Shown here piece by piece: positions 10,881 through 22,211 of a DNA stretch of 64,000 bases; position 1 is the first letter of the stretch, and every line of letters starts with the position of its first letter. The DNA lies in assembly GCA_046731295.1 (NCBI GenBank), contig JBKPKU010000086.1, positions 811-64,810 on the forward strand. Direction: 5' to 3'. The notes under the pieces were generated by a model, which was not told the DNA's origin, made no database searches, and saw only the letters and a program-made list of their open reading frames with translations. The DNA comes from Actinomycetota bacterium. GTDB lineage: Bacteria > Actinomycetota > UBA4738 > HRBIN12. Made by a program: the position numbers and the translations under genes.

Positions 10881-11768
10881 ATGGGGGCGAAGCTCCGCGT
10901 CGTCCGCCGGCGGATCCGCTCGGTCCAGTCGACGGCCAAGATCACCCGCGCGATGGAGCTCATCGCGGCCTCGAGGATCGTGAAGGCCCAGCAGCGCGTG
11001 ATGGAGGCCCGGCCCTACGCGGACCTGCTCACAGCGGCGATGGAGGATGTCGCACGACAAACCGGGTCGCTCGTGCACCCGTTGCTCGAGGAGCGGGAGA
11101 CGCCGGCCCGGGCGGGTGTGCTCGTCCTGACCAGCGACCGAGGGCTCGCGGGCTCTTACAACGCGAACATCCTCAAGCGCACCGAGGGCCTGGTGCGCCG
11201 CGTCCGCGCTCGCGGCGTTGAGCCGATCCTGTTCCTGGTCGGCAAGAAGTCGATCGGCTACTTCCGTTTCCGGGGCGTGACGCCTGAGGCCTCGTGGTCG
11301 GGCTTCTCGGAGGTACCCAGATACGACGCGGCCGAGGACATCGGCCGGCGCATGATCGCGGACTTCGCCTCCCACAGGATCGACGAGCTCCATACCGTGT
11401 ACACGGACTTCCGCTCAGCGTTCACGTTCCGAGCCACGGACAAGCGGTTCCTGCCGATCGCGCCCGAGGAGATCGTCGCCGACGTCCAGGGCGTACCGAG
11501 CCCCGAATACATCTTTGAGCCCGAGCCGGCCGAGATCCTGGACGACCTGTTGCCGCAGTACGTCATCACGAAGATCTACTTCGCGCTGCTCGAGTCCGCG
11601 GCATCGGAAAACGCCGCCCGTCAGCGGGCGATGGCGGCCGCGACCGACAACGCGGACGAGCTCATCAAGGTGCTCACCCGGCAGGCCAACCGTGCCCGCC
11701 AGGACGAGATCACGACCGAGATCATGGAGATCGTGGGCGGGGCCGAGGCCCTGGCCTCGAAGGAGTGA
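10881..11768 (+). CDS. atpG: F1 ATP synthase subunit gamma
   Basis: N-terminus RRRIRSVQSTAKITRAMELIAASR and C-terminus ARQDEITTEIMEIVGGAEAL. Confidence 0.92.
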   Translation: MGAKLRVVRRRIRSVQSTAKITRAMELIAASRIVKAQQRVMEARPYADLLTAAMEDVARQTGSLVHPLLEERETPARAGVLVLTSDRGLAGSYNANILKRTEGLVRRVRARGVEPILFLVGKKSIGYFRFRGVTPEASWSGFSEVPRYDAAEDIGRRMIADFASHRIDELHTVYTDFRSAFTFRATDKRFLPIAPEEIVADVQGVPSPEYIFEPEPAEILDDLLPQYVITKIYFALLESAASENAARQRAMAAATDNADELIKVLTRQANRARQDEITTEIMEIVGGAEALASKE

Positions 11769-13199
<1,431 letters not shown>

Positions 13200-13219
13200 A
13201 TGGCGTTCGTGGGCACGTA

Positions 13220-13615
13220 GTGGCGCTCGAGGTCCATCTCGTCACGCCCGAGCGCGAGGTCTGGGGCGGCCAGGCCCAGATGGTGATCGCCCGCGGCATA
13301 GACGGCATGGTCGGGATCCTTCCCGGCCACGCGCCGCTGCTGATCCGGCTCGCGATCGGGCCGTTGCGGATCCAGGACGAGGCGGGGAACTGGCAGGAGG
13401 GAGTCGTCGACGGCGGGTTCCTGCACGTAACCACCCACGAGGAGGCGACGCGGGTGGACGTGCTCGCAACCGGCGCGGAACTCCAATCCGAGGTCGACCG
13501 GCAGGCGGCCGAGGCGCGCGTAGCCGAGCTCCAGGCACGCCTAGCCGAGGGCGACGACGCGGCCGTCCGGACCGAACTCGCCAAGGCGCTGGCCCGCGCC
13601 GGGCTCGGCGAGTAA
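13220..13615 (+). CDS. atpC: F1 ATP synthase subunit epsilon
   Basis: GTG 13220 lies in frame in ORF 11918-13615. The sequence LEVHLVTPEREVW...GILPGHAPLL is typical of epsilon. Confidence 0.85.
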   Translation: MALEVHLVTPEREVWGGQAQMVIARGIDGMVGILPGHAPLLIRLAIGPLRIQDEAGNWQEGVVDGGFLHVTTHEEATRVDVLATGAELQSEVDRQAAEARVAELQARLAEGDDAAVRTELAKALARAGLGE

Positions 13616-13655
13616 CCTCGCGGCCGGGTACGCCCGACCCGGAGATGGAGATCTG

Positions 13656-14927
13656 ATGGATCGCCTGCTCGTGACCGGTGGAGCGCCGCTCGACGGGACC
13701 GTCGAGATCGCCGGCGCCAAGAACTCGGCGCTCAAGCTCATGGCGGCGACCGTGCTGGCCGACGGACGGTTCACGCTGCGCAACGTTCCCCGGATCCAGG
13801 ACTGCATCACGATGGTCGAGGTGCTCGAGCACCTGGGCGTCGGCACGGCGTGGAAGCAGGGCGAGCTCGTGCTGGACACCTCCGAGGTTCGGCCCCTCGA
13901 GACGCCGTACGAGCTGGTCAGCCGGATGCGCGCGTCGATCCTCGTGCTGGGGCCGCTGCTCGCGCGGTTCGGCAACGCGAGGGTGGCGATGCCGGGCGGC
14001 TGCAACATCGGCTCGCGCGCGATCGACCTACACATCAAGGGTCTCGAGAAGATGGGCGCGACGTTCCACTCGGAGCACGGGTTCTTGGTGGGGGAGACGT
14101 CGCGCCTGCGCGGGGCGATCGTGAACCTCGACTTCCCGAGCGTGGGCGCCACGGAGAACGTCCTGATGGCCGCCGTGGCCGCGCGCGGAACCACCGTGAT
14201 CGAGAACGCCGCGCGCGAACCCGAGCTGGTCGACCTCGCCGAGTTCCTCGTCGAGATGGGCGCGCGCGTCGAGGGGGTCGGGACGCCGACGATCGAGATC
14301 GAGGGCGTCGAGGGATTCGGGGCCGTGGACCACGCGGTGATCCGGGACCGCGTCGAGGCCGCCACCTACGCGATCGCGATCTGCGCGACCGGCGGACGCG
14401 TCGTGCTCTCGGGCGCACGGGCCGACCACATGGATCTCGTGCTCTCCAAGCTCGCGGACGCGGGCGCCGACGTGCTCGCCACCGAGGACGGAGTTGCGGT
14501 CTCGATGGGCTCGCGCGCCCGATGTGTCGATCTGGTGACGCTGCCGTACCCGGGCTTTCCGACCGATCTCCAGCCGCAGATGATGGCGCTGCTCGCCTCG
14601 GCAGAGGGGACCAGCATCGTGACGGAGAACGTGTTCGAGAGCCGGTTCATGTTCGTGGACGAGTTGAACCGCATGGGCGCCGACATCCGCACCGAGGGCC
14701 ACCACGCCGTGATCCGCGGCGTCGAACGCCTGTCGGCCGCTCCGGTTCGGGCGCTCGACATTCGGGCGGGCGCCGCGATGGTCGTCGCGGCGCTCGGGGC
14801 CGACGGGGTGACCGAGATCGAGGACATGTATCACGTCGACCGGGGCTACCAGGACCTCGAGGCCAAGCTGCTCGGGCTCGGCGCCCAGGTCCGCCGCGAG
14901 CGCGAACGCACCCCGGCCCTGCCGTGA
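13656..14927 (+). CDS. murA: UDP-N-acetylglucosamine 1-carboxyvinyltransferase
   Basis: A 423-aa protein with GGAPLDGTVEIAGAKNSALKLMAA and full-length MurA similarity. Confidence 0.93.
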   Translation: MDRLLVTGGAPLDGTVEIAGAKNSALKLMAATVLADGRFTLRNVPRIQDCITMVEVLEHLGVGTAWKQGELVLDTSEVRPLETPYELVSRMRASILVLGPLLARFGNARVAMPGGCNIGSRAIDLHIKGLEKMGATFHSEHGFLVGETSRLRGAIVNLDFPSVGATENVLMAAVAARGTTVIENAAREPELVDLAEFLVEMGARVEGVGTPTIEIEGVEGFGAVDHAVIRDRVEAATYAIAICATGGRVVLSGARADHMDLVLSKLADAGADVLATEDGVAVSMGSRARCVDLVTLPYPGFPTDLQPQMMALLASAEGTSIVTENVFESRFMFVDELNRMGADIRTEGHHAVIRGVERLSAAPVRALDIRAGAAMVVAALGADGVTEIEDMYHVDRGYQDLEAKLLGLGAQVRRERERTPALP

Positions 14928-16660
14928 CCGGCGCGCGTCTCGGCGCGCTCGCCCTGCTCGAGTTCGTCACCCTCGGTATCGCGTTCTCGTCGAGCGCCGT
15001 GGCCCAGGAGACTCAGAACAAGGAAGTCTTCGTCTTCCTCGTACCGGGTGTCTCGTTCGAGGAGATGCTAGGAACGCCGGACGTTGTCGCGCTGTCGCGA
15101 GCCGGCGGCGCCAGCTTGATGACGCTCGGGGGTGGGCTGCCGACCGGGGTTGATGGCCGTGACGTGGAGTCGAACGTCCACCTCCGGTGGCTCGACCCGG
15201 CGACCCAGGGCGGCCTGGACGGCGTCGCGAGCGAGATCCGCCGTGACGTCGAGGCATCCACCTCAGACCGTGTGCTCGTCGTGGTCGCATCGACGGTCTC
15301 GTCGACCGAGATGCGCGTAGCCAAAGATGAGCTGCATCCGATCGTCGTGGCCGAAGGTGAGCCTGCCGAGCTGTTCCCCGACGCGGGGGCGCAAGGTTCG
15401 CTCACGTCGGACTCGACACGCCGAACCGGTGTCGTGGTCGATGTCGACGTCGTCCCGACGATCGCCTCGTTCCTGGCCGGCGAGGCCCGAGCCGACTTCG
15501 AGGGCTCGCCGATCGAGATCGTCGAGGGCCCGCCGCCGTTCGACCTGCACGACCGCTACCTGGCGCAGCGTCGCATGTACGTGCCGATCGGGACCGCCGC
15601 CGGCATCTACGTCACGCTGGCCGGCCTGGCCGGGGTGGCCGCACTCGCGCTCGGCCGGCGCGTGCCCGAACGCCTCCGGCGGTTCGTCGGCTGGGCGTGC
15701 CTGTCGATCGCGATGCTCGCGACGTCGCTGCTGGCCGCGGGGCACCTGCCGGACATCACGTACGCGGCGATCGTGCCGTTTGTCGCGCTCGTGACCGTGT
15801 TCGGCACGCTCGCGTTCGCGCCGCTCGAGCACCGGGACGTCCTGCTGGTCCCGGCCGGGATAGGGCTCACCGTCCTCGTCTTCTTCGTGCTCGAGGCCGC
15901 CCTGTCGTGGACGGCCGCGCTCACGCCGTTCGTCGGGGGCTCCGAGCTCGACGGCGGCCGCTTCTACGGGCTGCCGAACGCATTCATCGGCCTCCTGATC
16001 GGGGCGTGCCTGTGGGTTGCCCACCGGCTCCGAACGTCGGCGGGCGTCGCGCTGCTGGTCGCGGCGGCGCTGTTCGCCGGCCTGCCGTACCTCGGCTCGA
16101 ACCTGGGCGGCGGCGTGTCGCTGTTCGCCGCGGCCGGCCTGTGGCTGACCGTTCGCGAACGCGCGCGCCTCGGGGTATGGAAGGGGCTCGGCGCGTTCGT
16201 CGGATTCACGCTCGGCGGTCTGGCGCTGCTGCTGGTGGCCCACGCGGTCTCGCCGTTCGAGACGCACGTGACGCGGTTCGAGGAGCAGGCGGGCGGGCTG
16301 GGGGGCGTGTTCGACACGTTCGGCGACCGGCTGCAGGTGGGGTTCGACCTCATCGCACGGAACCCGTTCGCGCTGATCCCCGTGCTCGGCCTGCCGGTCA
16401 CGATCGCGGCCGTCCTGTGGCCGCCGGGCCCGCTGGGGCCGAGCCTGCGGCGAAGCCCGGCCTGGCGCGACGCGATCCTGGTGACGCTGCTGGCCGGCGT
16501 GGTCGGATACGTCGTGAACGACTCCGGGCCCGCGGCAGCAGGGTTTGCGTTCGGGCTCGGGCTGGGCGGGCTGCTGGGCGTGTCGCTCCTGTCCCAAGCC
16601 GGGAAGATGGAGGCCGTGAGCCCTTCGGATGATCCCGAGATGGTGGGGCTGCGGCCGTGA
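14924..16660 (+). CDS. Large polytopic membrane protein with N-terminal extracytoplasmic domain, function unknown
   Basis: GTG 14924 overlaps the murA stop (GTGA). It has a signal-like N-terminus ending AVAQE and a soluble domain of about 200 aa, followed by roughly 10 or more TM segments. GC3 is high throughout. Confidence 0.7.
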   Translation: MTGARLGALALLEFVTLGIAFSSSAVAQETQNKEVFVFLVPGVSFEEMLGTPDVVALSRAGGASLMTLGGGLPTGVDGRDVESNVHLRWLDPATQGGLDGVASEIRRDVEASTSDRVLVVVASTVSSTEMRVAKDELHPIVVAEGEPAELFPDAGAQGSLTSDSTRRTGVVVDVDVVPTIASFLAGEARADFEGSPIEIVEGPPPFDLHDRYLAQRRMYVPIGTAAGIYVTLAGLAGVAALALGRRVPERLRRFVGWACLSIAMLATSLLAAGHLPDITYAAIVPFVALVTVFGTLAFAPLEHRDVLLVPAGIGLTVLVFFVLEAALSWTAALTPFVGGSELDGGRFYGLPNAFIGLLIGACLWVAHRLRTSAGVALLVAAALFAGLPYLGSNLGGGVSLFAAAGLWLTVRERARLGVWKGLGAFVGFTLGGLALLLVAHAVSPFETHVTRFEEQAGGLGGVFDTFGDRLQVGFDLIARNPFALIPVLGLPVTIAAVLWPPGPLGPSLRRSPAWRDAILVTLLAGVVGYVVNDSGPAAAGFAFGLGLGGLLGVSLLSQAGKMEAVSPSDDPEMVGLRP

Positions 16661-17496
16661 GCACCCAGCCGCTGCCGCCCCGGCCGGACGGCCTGCACCC
16701 CGCGCCGCCGATGCCGCCGATCCCACCGCGCCCGGACGCGATCGACGGCGCCGGATCGCCACCGGACGGCATGCAGAGCGTCGCTGCCCGCCCGAAGGCG
16801 ACTTGGAGTTGGTACGAGGCCGTCGGGATCTACATCCTCGGGTTCCTGGTCGCGGGGCTCCTGACCGTGCCGCTGATCCAGCTGATGGAGCCGGACACGG
16901 ACCTGACGAACGTGACGCTCACCGTGGTCGCGGCGTTCGCGATCCTCTGCGTGCTGGTGGCGTGGCTGTCGATCCAGCACAAGGGCTGGGTCCGGATCGT
17001 AGGCATCCCCGAGAAGGGGCAATGGGGCAGGCAGGTCGGCGCCGGCATCGTTTCGGGACTGATCCTGTTCCCGGTCATCACGATCCTGGTCGGCGCCATC
17101 CTGTCCCTGATCCTGAACGCGATCACCGGCGAGCAGGTGCGGCCGCCCGAACAGGTTGGGGAGCACCTGACCACGGTCGGCACCGCGATCACGGTGGCGT
17201 ACGCGTTCGTCATCGCGCCGATCGGAGAGGAGCTGTTCTTCCGAGGGGTCCTGTTCCGGTCTCTGCGCGACCGCCACGGTTTCCGGGTGGGCGCGGTCGG
17301 GTCGGCGTTCGGGTTCGGGCTGATCCATTTCATCCCTGGCGATGCGGCCGACGCCGCGCTGCTCATGATCGCGATGTTCTTCACGGGTCTGGGTCTGTGC
17401 TACGTCTACGAACGGAGGGGGACCCTCGTGGCGCCGATCGCGGCGCACATCACGTTCAACGTGATCGGCATCGTCCTGATCTTCGGCATGCGGTAG
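16657..17496 (+). CDS. CPBP (CAAX/Abi) family intramembrane metalloprotease
   Basis: GTG 16657 overlaps the upstream stop (GTGA). It carries the EELFFRG, FGLIHF and HITFN motifs. The N-terminal leader is Pro-rich, and a later start at the MQSV Met is possible. Confidence 0.8.
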   Translation: MSTQPLPPRPDGLHPAPPMPPIPPRPDAIDGAGSPPDGMQSVAARPKATWSWYEAVGIYILGFLVAGLLTVPLIQLMEPDTDLTNVTLTVVAAFAILCVLVAWLSIQHKGWVRIVGIPEKGQWGRQVGAGIVSGLILFPVITILVGAILSLILNAITGEQVRPPEQVGEHLTTVGTAITVAYAFVIAPIGEELFFRGVLFRSLRDRHGFRVGAVGSAFGFGLIHFIPGDAADAALLMIAMFFTGLGLCYVYERRGTLVAPIAAHITFNVIGIVLIFGMR

Positions 17497-17507
17497 GGAG
17501 GAATCCG

Positions 17508-17927
17508 GTGGCGCGGTTCCCGAGCGACGACTGGCTCGCGGTGTACCGCGACCTGATCAACGGGTCGCAGGAGTACCGCGAGGCGGCCGAGGACTGGGAG
17601 GGCGACGTCGCCTTCTACCTTGAGGCCGAGCCCGACCGCGGCGTCCCCGGCGACCTGGTCGCCTGGCTCGACCTGTGGCACGGCGAGTGCCGCGGCGCCC
17701 GGATGATCACCGCGGAGGAGGGCGAGCAGGCCGCGTACGGCATCCGCGCCCCGTACTCGCGCTGGCGCGAGGTCCTCGAGGGCCGGCTCGAGCCCGTCAA
17801 GGCGATGGTGCAGGGCAAGCTCAAGCTGCGGGGGGACCTGGCGGAGATCGTTCGGCACGTGCGGGCGGCCAGCGAGCTCGTGCACCTGACCACGCTCGTC
17901 CCGACGGACTTCCTCGACGCCGCCTGA
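17508..17927 (+). CDS. SCP2 sterol-binding domain protein
   Basis: GTG 17508 follows a GGGAGG RBS. The C-terminus VKAMVQGKLKLRGDLAEIVR is typical of SCP2. Confidence 0.7.
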   Translation: MARFPSDDWLAVYRDLINGSQEYREAAEDWEGDVAFYLEAEPDRGVPGDLVAWLDLWHGECRGARMITAEEGEQAAYGIRAPYSRWREVLEGRLEPVKAMVQGKLKLRGDLAEIVRHVRAASELVHLTTLVPTDFLDAA

Positions 17928-17930
17928 GCC

Positions 17931-18964
<1,034 letters not shown>

Positions 18965-18968
<4 letters not shown>

Positions 18969-19378
18969 CGGTGCGGTTCGCCGACGCAGAACCCAACGGC
19001 CTGGCCGACCTCGTGGGCCGGCTGATCGACGCGAACCTGCAGGAGCACCCCGATCGCCTCCGACTGCTCGCTCCCGCGGTCGTCGAGCTCTCGGCCTCCG
19101 ATGCGGACATGCACGCAACGCTCGACGTCACACGCGACGGCGTCCTGGTCTCGAACGGCCGGTCGAATGGTCGCGCCCACCTGCGTGTTTGGGCCGACGC
19201 CTACGACCTGGTCGAGTTCGCGGGCGCCCCGCTCCGCCTCGGCCTGCCCGACGTGTTCGATGCCGACGGACGCGCCGCCATCGGCCGGGTGTTGCGCGGC
19301 CACGTGCGAGTATCGGGCATGCTCCGCCACCCGGTCCGGCTGTCGCGCTTCAACCGCCTGCTCTCTGTTGCCGAATGA
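18965..19378 (+). CDS. SCP2 sterol-binding domain protein (second copy)
   Basis: GTG 18965 overlaps the ADH stop (GTGA). It is 137 aa, with an RFNRLL C-terminus and an SCP2-like pattern. Confidence 0.6.
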
Positions 19379-19956
19379 GCGCCCGCGTCGAGCCCGTCCC
19401 GCTCCCGGCCCCGCCGCTGCGCGAGCGCCGCTGGGGTCCCGTGCTCGTGGTCGCCGTGCTCTTGGTCGGCATCGTCTCGGGCGGGTACCTGACCGCGGAC
19501 GCGCTGGGCGGGGTCGGCGGCGAGACGGTCGTCGTGAGCTCGTCGGTGAGCGTCACGGCGCTGCCCGGGTGGGAGCTCGCGGACCGGTTCGAGGGTCCGA
19601 CTGGGATCCGCCTGACGAAGGGCGGCGCCAGCCTGGACGTCGCTTCGCTCCCGTTCACCGGCAGCAGCGAGGGGCTCCTGGCCGCCTACGTGGAGAACAT
19701 CCTCCAGCCCGGAGCCGAGCAGTTACGCGTCTCCGAGACCGTGGAGGGCGTCGTCCTGGACTCGGGCCACGTCGGCGCGAGGATCACCTACGTCGGCCTG
19801 TTCGGCGACGTGCAGGCGCCGATCGAGGGCGAGGTCACGGCCGTCGTGACGCCGGACGGCCTCGGCGTGATCTTCGACGGCTGGGCGCCGAGCGGGCAGC
19901 TGCCGTTCGCGATCGACGACATCCACACGATGATCCGGCGCGCGGAGATCACCTGA
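19375..19956 (+). CDS. Single-pass membrane-anchored protein, function unknown
   Basis: ATG 19375 overlaps the upstream stop (ATGA). It has one TM helix (WGPVLVVAVLLVGIVSGGYL) and an external domain of about 150 aa. Confidence 0.65.
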   Translation: MSARVEPVPLPAPPLRERRWGPVLVVAVLLVGIVSGGYLTADALGGVGGETVVVSSSVSVTALPGWELADRFEGPTGIRLTKGGASLDVASLPFTGSSEGLLAAYVENILQPGAEQLRVSETVEGVVLDSGHVGARITYVGLFGDVQAPIEGEVTAVVTPDGLGVIFDGWAPSGQLPFAIDDIHTMIRRAEIT

Positions 19957-21248
19957 TGGGCGACCCGCAGCTCGTCCGGCCGCCCCGAACCGGCTGGGGC
20001 CGTCAGGCCTCCCTGTTTCAGTGGCGCCAGCCGGCGTTCTGGCTGTACGCGGCGATCGTGGTCGTCACCGCCGCGTACACGGTCTCGCAACAGCAGCTGT
20101 TCCAGGAGCTTTCGCCGACCGGATGGGCGCTGTCGTGGCTGCTGCTGTTGTTCTACGGGCTGCCGCTGTTCCTGGCGATCTACCTGCTCGACCTGTACGA
20201 GCGCGAGCCGCTGTCGCTGGTGTTCGGCGCGCTGGTCTGGGGCGCGGTGGCCGCGACCGTGCTGGCCGGGATCGCGAACGCGGGCTGGGGCCTGGTCGTG
20301 GCGCGGGTCGGGGGCGCTGCGTTCGCCGCCGAGTGGACGGCCGCGCTCACGGCGCCGTTCGTCGAAGAGAGCCTGAAGGTCGCCGGCGTGATCCTCATCT
20401 ACCTGATCGCCCGCGACGAGATGGACGACATGATGGACGGGTTCGTCTACGGCGCGATGGTCGGGCTCGGCTTCGCGCTGATCGAGGACGTCTTCTACTT
20501 CATCGCGATCTTCGGCGGCACGACGGGCGGCGTGCTGGCCGGCTTCTACGTGCGCGTCGTGTCGAGCGGCTTCTACGGCCACGTCCTGTACACCGGCCTC
20601 GCGGGGATGGGGGTCGCCTACTTCGTCTCGCGGCGCGGGGAGGCTTCGTTCGGCAGGCGGCTCGCGGTCGCGATCGGGCTGTTCGCGGCGGCGGTCGGCG
20701 GGCACTTCCTGTGGAACTCGCCCTGGCTGAACTTCTTCCCCCAGAACCTGAACAGCGCGGCCGACTGGCTGCGCATCCCGCTCGCCGCGGGGGTCAAGGG
20801 TGCGCCGCTGCTGCTGTTCGTTGTCGTGATGGTGAACCTCGCGCGCCGTCGCGAGCAGACGTGGCTCGAGGCGGCGCTGCGTTCGGAGGCCGGTTCGCCG
20901 GCCCTGTCCGAGGCCGAGCTCCGGGTCCTGCTGAGCCCGCCGGCCCGGCGGCGTTCGCGCCGCGAGATGCGCGCCCGCGCCGGCACGGGCGCCGAGCGCC
21001 TGCTCAAGCGCCTGCAGAGGGAGCAGATCAATCTGGCGATGGTCCGGACGCGGTCCTCCTCCGACGACGCTCCCGAGGTCTTGCGCCAGCGCGAGCTCTG
21101 CAAGTCGCTGCGCGATGCGCTCCTGGCCATGCCTGGCGCGGCGCTCGCCGGCACCGGCGTGGGGGCGCAGACCGGGGCCGACGCGCAGACCGGGGCCGAA
21201 GCGCAGACCGGGGCCGACGCGCAGACCGGGGCCGACGCCGAGCGATGA
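19956..21248 (+). CDS. PrsW family intramembrane metalloprotease with long cytoplasmic C-terminal tail
   Basis: ATG 19956 overlaps the upstream stop (TGATG). It has the PFVEESLK motif and the FVYGAMVGLGFALIEDVFY region, with several TM segments. The tail ends in four AQTGA(D/E) repeats. Confidence 0.75.
   Translation: MGDPQLVRPPRTGWGRQASLFQWRQPAFWLYAAIVVVTAAYTVSQQQLFQELSPTGWALSWLLLLFYGLPLFLAIYLLDLYEREPLSLVFGALVWGAVAATVLAGIANAGWGLVVARVGGAAFAAEWTAALTAPFVEESLKVAGVILIYLIARDEMDDMMDGFVYGAMVGLGFALIEDVFYFIAIFGGTTGGVLAGFYVRVVSSGFYGHVLYTGLAGMGVAYFVSRRGEASFGRRLAVAIGLFAAAVGGHFLWNSPWLNFFPQNLNSAADWLRIPLAAGVKGAPLLLFVVVMVNLARRREQTWLEAALRSEAGSPALSEAELRVLLSPPARRRSRREMRARAGTGAERLLKRLQREQINLAMVRTRSSSDDAPEVLRQRELCKSLRDALLAMPGAALAGTGVGAQTGADAQTGAEAQTGADAQTGADAER
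21165..21236 (+). repeat. Four copies of an 18-bp perfect/near-perfect tandem repeat (gcgcagaccggggccgac) inside the PrsW 3' end
   Basis: Units lie at 21165-21182, 21183-21200, 21201-21218 and 21219-21236. There is one substitution, c to a, at 21200. Confidence 0.95.
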
Positions 21249-22177
21249 CGCTGGCCGACGACGTTCGGGTGCGTGACCCGAGGGCGATCGCCCGGGCGAT
21301 CTCGATGGTGGAGGACGGCGACGAGGGCCTGCGGGACCTCTCGGCCGACCTGTACGGCCACACGGGGCGCGCGTACACGGTGGGGCTCACCGGATCGCCC
21401 GGTGTCGGCAAGTCGACGATCGCGAACGAGCTCGTGGGCGCCGCCCGCGCTCACGAACGTTCGGTCGCGGTGCTGGCGATCGATCCCACCTCGCCGCTGT
21501 CCGGCGGCGCGCTCCTGGGCGACCGGCTCAGGATGCAGGCGCACGCGACCGACCCGAACGTGTTCATCCGCTCGATGGCCTCGCGTGGGCACCTGGGCGG
21601 CATGGCGCTGGCGGCGCCCGAGGCGATCCGCGTGCTGGACGCCGCCGGCCACGACCTGGTGATCGTCGAGACCGTGGGTGTCGGGCAGGCCGAGGTCGAC
21701 GTGGCGGCGGCGACCGACAGCACCCTGGTCGTGGTCTCGCCCGGGTGGGGCGACGCGGTTCAGGTGAGCAAGGCCGGGATCCTGGAGATCGCCAACGTGT
21801 TCGTCGTGAACAAGGCCGACCGCGAGGGGACCGAGCTCGCGGTCCGCGACCTGCGACAGATGCTGCGGATGGGGCCCGAGATGCCGTGGACGCCGCCGGT
21901 GGTCACCACCGCGGCCACCGAGGGGGTGGGCATCGCCGAGCTCTGGGAAGCGATCGAATCCCACCGCGCGTACCTGGAGACCTCCGGCGAGCTCGAGCGC
22001 GGTCGCGGGGCGCGCCTGCTCCGGGAGGTCGAGAGCCTGGCCGTGGAGGGCCTGCGCGAACGCGCCACGCGGCTGCTCGAGGAGGACCCGTCGCTCGCCG
22101 CCGACCTCACCGAGCGCCGAACGGATCCGTACCGGACCGCCGCTATCCTGGAGGAACGGATCTCGAACCGTCCGTGA
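21245..22177 (+). CDS. meaB: Acyl-CoA mutase-associated G-protein chaperone (MeaB/ArgK family)
   Basis: ATG 21245 overlaps the PrsW stop (ATGA). It has the P-loop GSPGVGKST, plus VNKAD and ALLGDRLRM. Confidence 0.88.
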   Translation: MTLADDVRVRDPRAIARAISMVEDGDEGLRDLSADLYGHTGRAYTVGLTGSPGVGKSTIANELVGAARAHERSVAVLAIDPTSPLSGGALLGDRLRMQAHATDPNVFIRSMASRGHLGGMALAAPEAIRVLDAAGHDLVIVETVGVGQAEVDVAAATDSTLVVVSPGWGDAVQVSKAGILEIANVFVVNKADREGTELAVRDLRQMLRMGPEMPWTPPVVTTAATEGVGIAELWEAIESHRAYLETSGELERGRGARLLREVESLAVEGLRERATRLLEEDPSLAADLTERRTDPYRTAAILEERISNRP

Positions 22178-22211
22178 TTGTACGCGCGACCCGCACACCG
22201 GAGGAGCCGCG

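Noticed and set aside
13850-14923. N-terminal extensions of composite ORFs. Examples are 13850-16660, 272-616, 1985-3139, 4658-5377, 8165-8656, 11918-13219, 16629-17507, 17675-18964, 19101-19955, 20021-21244, 39936-41462, 53854-54921, 57566-57925 and 58252-58782.
   Set aside because: The upstream parts are out-of-frame read-through across the preceding real gene and are Arg/Gly/Pro-rich. The real genes begin at internal ATG or GTG codons that overlap or abut the upstream stop codon.
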